Shown in pieces: positions 56,924 through 64,000 of a DNA stretch of 64,000 bases. This DNA comes from Galbitalea sp. Its GTDB lineage: Bacteria; Actinomycetota; Actinomycetes; Actinomycetales; Microbacteriaceae. Location of the stretch: contig DATAXD010000011.1 in NCBI GenBank assembly GCA_036266835.1, positions 183 through 64,182 of the forward strand. Direction: 5' to 3'. The notes beneath the pieces were generated by a model. It ran no database searches, had not been told where the DNA came from, and was given only the letters and a program-made list of their open reading frames with translations. How positions within the stretch are numbered: the stretch's first letter is position 1; every line of letters starts with the position of its first letter. Position numbers and translations under genes: made by a program.

Positions 56924-58573
56924 CTACTCCCAGCTTGGCAGCCAGTAGTGCAGCTGCATGTACTTGAAGTCGATCTGCATCCCCGTCCACAGCGGCCAGA
57001 AGAACACGCTGATGGCTACCGCGGCAACCAGGAAGACGGCAATCCACCGCATCCCCGCATCTCGTCGCGGCCCCGGATCGGCTCGGGTACCGATGAGTTG
57101 CGAGGCGACGAATGCGATCGCGAGAAGCAAATACGGCTCGAACGCGATCGTGTAGAACTGGAAAACCGTCCGGTTCAGATAAAACATCCACGGAAGATAG
57201 CCCGCCGCGAGACCAGTGAGAATGAGACCCACTCGCCACTCCCGGTATCGGATCAGGCGGTAAACGAGGTAGAGCGCGGCCGCGACTCCCGCGTACCAGA
57301 TCAGCGGATTAGCGATGCCGGTGATAGACGAACCGCAGTAGTCGGCGGTGCATCCGTGCTGGCCATAGTTTGCTCCGACGAAATACATGCTGGTCGGACG
57401 AATCATGAGCAGCCAGGTCAGCGGGTTTGCGGCATACGGGTGCGGTGAGTGCTCGTTGATGTTGTAGAACCACACCTGCGTCTCGAACTGCCAGAAGCTC
57501 TGGAGAGTTCGTGGTACCCAGGCGAATGTTCCCGTCCAGGCATTGCCCGGCAGGTTTGCGAAGTTCCGGTCGTAGCCGCCCTTCGTGACGAACCATCCGG
57601 TCCAGCTGACGAGGTATCCGGCGAGCGCGATCGGAACCATCAGCAGAAATGTCGTCGGAGCCTGCTTGAAGATCGTTCCGGATGCCCAGAGTGGAATTCC
57701 CGCGTGCTTGCGAGCGACCAGGTCGACGACCACCGTGTAGACGGCGAAGACTGCGAGGAAGTAGACACCGTTCCATTTGACAGCTGATTCCAGACCAAAC
57801 GACAGACCGGCCAGGATCAGCCACGGTCGCCACCAGAGCGCTGGTCCCCAATCAGCAGTCCGACCTTCGGCTCCGCGTTTGGCGATCCACAGCGCCAGTC
57901 GGTCGGAACTCCACCGACGGTCCAGCAGAACTGCTCCGAAGCCAAGCAGCGCAAAGAACATGACGAAGTTGTCGAGAAGTCCTACGCGGCTCATGACGAT
58001 CGCGTTGCCGTCGATCGCCATCAGGAACCCGGCGATCGTTGCCACCAGAGTCGACTTGAACAGGTACTTCGCAATCATCATGAGCAGAACGACCGCAAGG
58101 ATTCCGCAGATCGCGGTCATGATTCGCCAACTCGCAGGGTCGGTAATACCGAGCCAGTCGTAGCCGACGGTCATGATCCATTTGCCGAGGGGCGGATGCA
58201 CCACAAAGGACGGGTTGGAGTTGAAGGTATTGACGATGCCTTTCGCGAATCCCGTGTCGGAGTTCGCGGGCCAGGTTCCCTCGTAGCCGAGTTTTGAGAG
58301 TGTGTAGGCATCCTTCACATAGAAGGTTTCGTCGAAGACAAGCGCTCGTGGGCTACCCAGATTCCAGAGCCGGGTTCCGGCGGCAAGAAGGGTTACCGCA
58401 ATCGGACCGACCGCGCGAACAGCCGCTGTTCGCAGCGGAGTTGTTGCGAGAGCATCCCAGAGCCGATCCGTCGTTGCCCGGTGCTCGAGCGCGTGCAGTT
58501 CGCGAGTCGTGCGATCAGATCTCCCGGGGGCCGAAAGCAGACGATTGAAGTCCTCGTCGCCGGCCTCGCCCAT
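56924..58573 (-). CDS. pmt: Protein O-mannosyltransferase (PMT family), paralog 1
   Basis: RLWNLGSPRALVFDETFYVKDAY loop-1 DE motif. About 11 TM helices. Confidence 0.85.
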   Translation of the reverse strand: MGEAGDEDFNRLLSAPGRSDRTTRELHALEHRATTDRLWDALATTPLRTAAVRAVGPIAVTLLAAGTRLWNLGSPRALVFDETFYVKDAYTLSKLGYEGTWPANSDTGFAKGIVNTFNSNPSFVVHPPLGKWIMTVGYDWLGITDPASWRIMTAICGILAVVLLMMIAKYLFKSTLVATIAGFLMAIDGNAIVMSRVGLLDNFVMFFALLGFGAVLLDRRWSSDRLALWIAKRGAEGRTADWGPALWWRPWLILAGLSFGLESAVKWNGVYFLAVFAVYTVVVDLVARKHAGIPLWASGTIFKQAPTTFLLMVPIALAGYLVSWTGWFVTKGGYDRNFANLPGNAWTGTFAWVPRTLQSFWQFETQVWFYNINEHSPHPYAANPLTWLLMIRPTSMYFVGANYGQHGCTADYCGSSITGIANPLIWYAGVAAALYLVYRLIRYREWRVGLILTGLAAGYLPWMFYLNRTVFQFYTIAFEPYLLLAIAFVASQLIGTRADPGPRRDAGMRWIAVFLVAAVAISVFFWPLWTGMQIDFKYMQLHYWLPSWE

Positions 58574-58604
58574 CCCGCAATGCTAACCGGCGCGCGGCGT
58601 GCGG

Positions 58605-60182
58605 TTAGTTCCAGCCCGGGAACCAGGCGTGGAGTTGTTCGAGCCAGATCGGTTCGGGGAGATCGATCCACACCGGAAGAAAGAAGATCGACACGAGCAC
58701 GCACAGGCAGAGGAAAACGATGGTGATCCGCCATCCGACCAGGCTTCGGTGAAGCGTGAGTGCCAGCGGGTAGACCTTTGCGGCCGCGCCGCCGGCAGAT
58801 CGTTCGTGAGGTGGTGTGCCAGTCAGCAGCCAGATCGCGTAGACCAGAGCCAGAATCATGTACGGCTCGAAGGCAATCGTGTAGAACTGGAAGACCGCCT
58901 CGCGAGGAATCACCAGCCACGGAACGTAGCCGCCCACAATTCCGATCAGGATCGCGGCAATCCGCCAGTCTCGGCGGAAGATGAACCGATACACGAGTAG
59001 CAGGACGCAGAGTCCGGACATCCACCAGATGAGCGGATTCGCGAGGTCGGTGACAACCGACGCGCAGTTTCCGGGTGACGTGCAGCCGGGCTGTCCGTCG
59101 GAAGTGAACCCGATGAAAAACTGCGTTGGCCGGGTGAGAAGAAACCACCCCGATGCCGGAGTCTCATACTGCTGTGCCTTGTTCAGGGACACCCCGAACT
59201 CATAGATGTACTGCTGGAAATGCCAGAAGCTCTGAACGGTTCTGGGGATCCACGCGAATGCGCCGGTCAGCGCGTGTCCCGGTTGATTCGCCCAGTTTCG
59301 ATACAGACCACCGGATGTCACGAACCATCCGGTCCAGGTCGCCAGGTATGCCGCAATGGCAGTTGGCACCATGAGAACTACGTCAACCAGCCCCTGCCGA
59401 ACCAGCGTTCCGCCGAACCAGTTGGCGACTCCGGCCCTCCGCCGGGCGAGAACGTCGACACCGATCACGTAGACCACGAAGGCCGCGAGAAAGAAGAACC
59501 CGCTCCACTTGACTCCGGCATCCAGTCCGATCGCGAGTCCCGCGACCAGCAGCCATGGGCGTCGCCAGCTGGTTGGAATACGAGGCCCGGAGCCGACATC
59601 CGAAGTTTCGTGGGTTCGTTCGAGCAGTATTCCGACCCTTGCCTGCCACCACTGTCTGTCCAGCAGGATCGCTCCGAAGGCTACGAGCGCAAGGAACATG
59701 ACCGCGTTATCGAGAATCCCGATTCGACTCATCACAATCGCATTGCCGTCTATTGCGAGCAGACCGCCGGCAATCGTCGCGAGAGCGAAGCTGCGGAACA
59801 GCAGGAACGCGACTCCCATCAGCAGTACAACGGCGAGGATTCCGATGATCGCCATGCTGATTCGCCATCCGGCCGAGTTCCCGGCGCCGAATGCGTTGAG
59901 ACCCAGAGCGATGATCCACTTTCCGAGTGGCGGATGCTGCACCAGTTCCGCGTGCGTCGTCAGGCCGTGGAAGTTGCCGACCGCAAAATCGGGATCGGAC
60001 AGTTTCGCCCAGCGACCCTCATATCCAAGTCGGAGCAGGCTGTAGGCATCCTTGACGTAGAAGTGCTCGTCGAAAATCAGGATGTGTGGTGCGCCGAGAT
60101 TCCACAGCCGCGTTGTGGCCGCCACCGCCACTACCGCGATCGGAGCGAGCCAGCGGGCACGACGGGTTCGCGGGGTTTGCAC
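58605..60182 (-). CDS. pmt: Protein O-mannosyltransferase (PMT family), paralog 2
   Basis: RLWNLGAPHILIFDEHFYVKDAY. Collinear with paralog 1. Divergent from rsmI, as in other actinobacteria. Confidence 0.85.
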   Translation of the reverse strand: MQTPRTRRARWLAPIAVVAVAATTRLWNLGAPHILIFDEHFYVKDAYSLLRLGYEGRWAKLSDPDFAVGNFHGLTTHAELVQHPPLGKWIIALGLNAFGAGNSAGWRISMAIIGILAVVLLMGVAFLLFRSFALATIAGGLLAIDGNAIVMSRIGILDNAVMFLALVAFGAILLDRQWWQARVGILLERTHETSDVGSGPRIPTSWRRPWLLVAGLAIGLDAGVKWSGFFFLAAFVVYVIGVDVLARRRAGVANWFGGTLVRQGLVDVVLMVPTAIAAYLATWTGWFVTSGGLYRNWANQPGHALTGAFAWIPRTVQSFWHFQQYIYEFGVSLNKAQQYETPASGWFLLTRPTQFFIGFTSDGQPGCTSPGNCASVVTDLANPLIWWMSGLCVLLLVYRFIFRRDWRIAAILIGIVGGYVPWLVIPREAVFQFYTIAFEPYMILALVYAIWLLTGTPPHERSAGGAAAKVYPLALTLHRSLVGWRITIVFLCLCVLVSIFFLPVWIDLPEPIWLEQLHAWFPGWN

Positions 60183-60233
60183 GGCGCAATGCTAACGCGC
60201 ATGCCGCGGCGAACCCGGATGCCACAATGAAGC

Positions 60234-61043
60234 GTGATCATCCTGGCGGCGACTCCGATTGGCAATCTGGGAGACGCATCCCGACGGCTCATCGAAGCGC
60301 TCGCTTCGGTTCAGGTGATTGCCGCAGAGGACACCAGGACCACGATTCGGTTGCTCAGTGCTCTGGGTGTCGAGAATCGACCGCGTTTGATTGCTCTCCA
60401 CGAGCACAACGAGGATGAGCGCGCCGCAGAGGTAGTTGAGCTAGCACGCGAGACCGATGTTCTCGTTCTTTCGGATGCGGGTATGCCAGCGATCAACGAC
60501 CCCGGTTTCCCGCTCGTCGTTGCGGCTGCCAATGCGGGAGTTCCGGTAACCGTTCTTCCCGGTCCCAGCGCAGTTCTCACGGCGCTTGCGGTCAGCGGCC
60601 TCCCCACCGATCGATTCTGTTTCGAAGGTTTTCTGCCGCGTAAGGGTCGAGTCGCCTACTTCAGCGCTCTCGCTCGCGAGCCGCGAACGATGGTCTTTTT
60701 CGAGTCACCGAATCGGCTCGCTGCTTCCCTGGCCGACCTGGTCACCGCTCTTGGACCGGATCGACGCATTGTGGTGTGTCGCGAGCTGACCAAACTGCAC
60801 GAGGAAGTCTTGCGCGGGACGGCCGGCGAGCTCGCCGAGCATTTTCGGGCCGGAGCTCGCGGCGAGATCGTTCTGGTTGTCGCCGGTGCGGAACCGGCAT
60901 CCGCAAGCCTCGGCGACGGAATAGCGCAGGTCGTCGCGCTGGTCGCAAATGGTGTTCGACTCAAGGATGCCGCCACTGAGGTCGCCGACTCAACGGGCCT
61001 GAGTCGGCGCGACCTGTACGAGGGCGCACTCGCAGCGCGATAA
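60234..61043 (+). CDS. rsmI: 16S rRNA (cytidine1402-2'-O)-methyltransferase
   Basis: ILAATPIGNLGDAS... tetrapyrrole-methylase fold typical of RsmI. Conserved pmt-rsmI divergent synteny. Confidence 0.88.
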   Translation: MIILAATPIGNLGDASRRLIEALASVQVIAAEDTRTTIRLLSALGVENRPRLIALHEHNEDERAAEVVELARETDVLVLSDAGMPAINDPGFPLVVAAANAGVPVTVLPGPSAVLTALAVSGLPTDRFCFEGFLPRKGRVAYFSALAREPRTMVFFESPNRLAASLADLVTALGPDRRIVVCRELTKLHEEVLRGTAGELAEHFRAGARGEIVLVVAGAEPASASLGDGIAQVVALVANGVRLKDAATEVADSTGLSRRDLYEGALAAR

Positions 61044-61290
61044 CGAACTCGCGGTCGACGACCCCGCCGGTGAATGTACTCGCGGTCAACGAACTCGCGC
61101 GCATCGGTGAACGGGCCCTCGTTAGCCGGCCATCCGCTTCGGACAACCTGGTCCACTCGGTGAACACGCCCCTAATACAGGCTTGAAGAATGTCGGCCAT
61201 CGCTGCACCATAGAACGCCGGACACAATCCGGCGCAATCAGTGTCGGCCAATCCACTGCCGTCCCTTTTGAGAGTTGGTTTGCCGTGACA

Positions 61291-62694
61291 ATGACGCAGG
61301 CGCCCGCGAAGGCAACGATCAGTGTTTTCGACCTATTCACGATCGGCATTGGGCCATCCTCATCACACACGGTGGGCCCGATGCGGGCTGCCGCCGACTT
61401 CGCTGCTCGGATCAAGCCCGTTCTCGACCGTGTCGCCGCGCTCCGCGTTGATCTCTACGGATCGCTCGCAGCGACCGGCCGCGGTCACGGCACATTTACC
61501 GCTGTACTTCTTGGACTCGAAGGGCATCAGCCCGACCGCATCCTTCCCGCCGAAGTTGACGCCGAAATCCACCGCATTTCGGATGGTGGCGAGCTCATGC
61601 TTGCGGGAAGCCGACCGGTCACGTTTTCCATCGGGGACATCACTCTTCATCCGTTGACAGTTCTGCCGCGGCATCCGAATGGCATGAAGTTCGAACTGCT
61701 CGATGCGGATGGCGCTTCCCTCGCGAACGACACCTACTTCTCGCTCGGTGGCGGATTCATTGCTCGCGAGGGCGGGACAGAGGACGATCGGATACCTCAG
61801 AATCCGATTCCGCTACCGTTCGAGACAGCCGCTGAGCTGCTGGCTCACTGTGATGCTGAAGGTCTGAACTTTAGTACCGTGATGCTGAGGAACGAACTCG
61901 CAAGCCGCTCACAATCGGACATCGTCGCCGAACTTCTTCGCATTCGTGACGTCATGGACGAGTGCGTTGCATCCAGCCTGACTCGAGTTGGCGTTCTTCC
62001 CGGTGGTCTTCAAGTTCGACGACGTGCCCCCGAATGGCATCAGCGTCTTCAGGCCGAGGATCCGACCGGACACGATCCGATGTACTGGCAGGAGTGGGTC
62101 AATCTCATTGCGCTCGCCGTCAATGAGGAAAACGCCTCAGGTGGTCGAGTGGTCACGGCCCCCACCAATGGTGCAGCAGGCATTGTTCCTGCTGCCCTGT
62201 ACTACTCGACCCACTACGCACCGGGAATGCAGAACGCCGATGCCGCCACTCGGGATGCCGCTGCCGTCACTTTCCTTCTTGCCGCTGCCGCTGTCGGTGT
62301 TCTGTACAAGGAGCGGGCATCCATTTCCGGTGCCGAAATGGGGTGCCAGGGCGAAGTCGGTTCTGCTTCATCGATGGCTGCGGCCGGTCTCGCCGAAGTG
62401 ATGGGCGGAACTCCTCGGCAAGTGGAGAATGCCGCAGAAATTGCCATGGAACACAACCTCGGACTCACCTGCGATCCCGTTGGCGGACTAGTTCAGATTC
62501 CCTGCATCGAACGAAATGCGATTGCTGCCGCCCAGGCGATCAACGCAGCTCGGATGGCGCTGTGGGGCGATGGGGTTCACCGGGTGTCACTCGACGAAGT
62601 CATCGAGACGATGCGCCAAACGGGTGACGACATGAGCTCCAAGTACAAGGAGACGGCCATGGGCGGGCTCGCGGTGAACGTCGTGGAGTGCTAG
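61291..62694 (+). CDS. sdaA: L-serine ammonia-lyase, iron-sulfur dependent, single chain
   Basis: [24 protein letters not shown] start plus beta and alpha domains. ATG 61291 (or GTG 61285). Confidence 0.9.
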   Translation: MTQAPAKATISVFDLFTIGIGPSSSHTVGPMRAAADFAARIKPVLDRVAALRVDLYGSLAATGRGHGTFTAVLLGLEGHQPDRILPAEVDAEIHRISDGGELMLAGSRPVTFSIGDITLHPLTVLPRHPNGMKFELLDADGASLANDTYFSLGGGFIAREGGTEDDRIPQNPIPLPFETAAELLAHCDAEGLNFSTVMLRNELASRSQSDIVAELLRIRDVMDECVASSLTRVGVLPGGLQVRRRAPEWHQRLQAEDPTGHDPMYWQEWVNLIALAVNEENASGGRVVTAPTNGAAGIVPAALYYSTHYAPGMQNADAATRDAAAVTFLLAAAAVGVLYKERASISGAEMGCQGEVGSASSMAAAGLAEVMGGTPRQVENAAEIAMEHNLGLTCDPVGGLVQIPCIERNAIAAAQAINAARMALWGDGVHRVSLDEVIETMRQTGDDMSSKYKETAMGGLAVNVVEC

Positions 62695-62711
62695 GTATCT
62701 CGTTGACGGTT

Positions 62712-62786
62712 GGGGTCGCCGGGGCTTGGTGAAGTGAAGAACGGGGACCCCTACCCCGATTCACTTCACCAAGCCCCCGCGACCCC
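62712..62786. repeat. Palindromic intergenic element, family B copy 2
   Basis: 27-bp arms GGGGTCGCCGGGGCTTGGTGAAGTGAA / TTCACTTCACCAAGCCCCCGCGACCCC (one mismatch) around the identical 21-nt centre GAACGGGGACCCCTACCCCGA. Starts 18 nt after the sdaA stop. Confidence 0.8.
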
Positions 62787-62847
62787 GCCCTCACCTGCCG
62801 GGCGCGAGAGACGACGTTCTTCGCTCGGTGGGGGTAGAGACTTGAGG

Positions 62848-63567
62848 GTGCTGTTGCCACCTGTCGCCGTGTGTATTGATCTGGATGGAACGGTCTCCGA
62901 CACAGACTCGAGCTTGGACGCCGGAATTCGGGGTGCCGCACTGGAGGCTCAGCGGCTGACCGGCACGCCCATTGATGCCTGGCTGACGGCCAACCGGCAA
63001 GCTGCGGCGGAAGTGTGGTCCGCGATCAGCGAAGGCTGGATTCTTGGCGGTGTCGGATCCGCGGATCCGTCGACGCGAATCTACGAACGTACTCTCGAAC
63101 TCGTCGGTGGGCGGACAGATCTGGCGCCCGAGCTGGTTCGAGCGCACGGCGTTGCCGCGCGGGTTGCCTTACGTTGCTACGACGACGTCGGACCGTTCCT
63201 TGAGGCCGTTGCGGCACACGGTTCGAAGATCGTGTTGATCACGAACGGCGCTTCCGACACGCAGCGTGACACGATTTCCGCGATTGGATTGGACGATGCG
63301 TTCGATGCCGCAGTCGTTTCCGCCGAGGTCGGGGTAAAGAAGCCCGATCCGCGAATCTTCGAGGCTGCTCTCGCCGAGATCGGAGCGAGCTCAGTCGACG
63401 CGTGGCACATCGGCGACAGCCTCGAAAGCGATGTGGCGGGTGCAATCGCTGCAGGCCTTCAACCGGTTTGGTTGAATCGGCTCGGAGTCCCATCACCGGA
63501 GAACCTCTCCGAAAGCGTCACCACTGTGCGATCCCTGATCGACCTGATCCCGTTCCTCACGGGTTGA
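62848..63567 (+). CDS. HAD family hydrolase
   Basis: Motif I CIDLDGTVSD. Later ITNGASDTQ and GDSLESDVAGA motifs. Start is uncertain (TTG 62842 or GTG 62848). Confidence 0.75.
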   Translation: MLLPPVAVCIDLDGTVSDTDSSLDAGIRGAALEAQRLTGTPIDAWLTANRQAAAEVWSAISEGWILGGVGSADPSTRIYERTLELVGGRTDLAPELVRAHGVAARVALRCYDDVGPFLEAVAAHGSKIVLITNGASDTQRDTISAIGLDDAFDAAVVSAEVGVKKPDPRIFEAALAEIGASSVDAWHIGDSLESDVAGAIAAGLQPVWLNRLGVPSPENLSESVTTVRSLIDLIPFLTG

Positions 63568-63658
63568 GCATGGCTCGCCGCGAAGTGGGCGTGTTGCAAT
63601 TCCGTTCGGCCCCTTGCGATGCCGATTGGGCGCGCTGATATGTAGTTTGGGCGCACCG

Positions 63659-64000
63659 CTATGCCGTTTCGGCGTGTTTCATTGCGGCGACTAGGGGGTT
63701 GTTGCTGGGCATTTGGATGGATCGTTGGTGGGGGTCGAGGGTTTTGGGTGGTTTGAGCCAGTAGGTTCCCCCGCCGGGGTCACCAGGGCCGCCGGGGTCC
63801 CCAGAGCCGCCGGGGTCACCAGGGCCACTTGGGTTGCGGGGTTGTCGGTTGATTTCCCATCCTTTGGTGTGGATGAGCATGTGGTGGTAGCGGCAGAGGA
63901 GGATTCCGTTTTCGATGTCGGTTTTGCCGTGGTCGCGGAGCCAGTGGTCCACGTGGTGGGCTTCACACCAGCTGGGGGGTTTGGTGCAGCCGGGGAAGCG
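63659..64000 (-). CDS. HNH endonuclease domain protein (DUF222/13E12-repeat-like), C-terminal part; 5' end beyond window
   Basis: ...CTKPPSWCEAHHVDHWLRDHGKTDIENGILLCRYHHMLIH HNH motif. Frame is open to the window edge. AAA/GAA-rich codon choice is unlike neighbouring genes. Confidence 0.8.
   Translation of the reverse strand, partial: RFPGCTKPPSWCEAHHVDHWLRDHGKTDIENGILLCRYHHMLIHTKGWEINRQPRNPSGPGDPGGSGDPGGPGDPGGGTYWLKPPKTLDPHQRSIQMPSNNPLVAAMKHAETA
63771..63824. repeat. 3 x 18-bp in-frame tandem repeat inside the HNH gene
   Basis: CCGCCGGGGTCACCAGGG / CCGCCGGGGTCCCCAGAG / CCGCCGGGGTCACCAGGG. Encodes PGDPGG-type repeats on the minus strand. Confidence 0.85.

Noticed and set aside
63771-63824. 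Short tandem repeats as a CRISPR-like array
   Set aside because: There are three directly abutting 18-bp units with no spacers. They are in frame inside a coding sequence.

Overview
High-GC actinobacterial chromosome (Microbacteriaceae-like gene content and codon bias), densely coding. All family calls come from motif recognition in the supplied translations; no database search was run. About 57 supportable CDSs are listed. They are dominated by transport: six ABC systems (including a liv-type branched-chain amino acid operon and a Dpp-type peptide operon), two MFS genes and one EamA gene. There are also small regulators (2 ArsR, MarR, YafY/WYL) and housekeeping genes: nrdA-nrdB, hrpA, thiolase, metY, rsmI, sdaA and two tandem pmt. 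I found no rRNA, tRNA, CRISPR array, transposase or integrase. The only mobile-looking gene is a partial DUF222/HNH gene at the right edge. Items most worth a second look: (1) the nrd operon. NrdA lacks the C-terminal redox Cys pair, and a 34-codon ORF packed exactly between nrdA and nrdB encodes an R1-tail-like ...DDLQCESCQ peptide. NrdB carries Phe at the radical-Tyr position, which is class Ic-like. (2) Two families of intergenic palindromic elements with compensatory arm changes. One has an identical 21-nt centre inside unrelated self-complementary outer stems. (3) Two paralogous ArsR-SRPBCC cassettes that share an AACCAAATGGTT operator motif. (4) A LivH permease fused to an N-terminal secreted beta-sandwich-like domain. 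(5) A single-polypeptide TMD-NBD-TMD-NBD exporter under MarR. I see no convincing phage-defence, toxin-antitoxin or biosynthetic cluster in this window.
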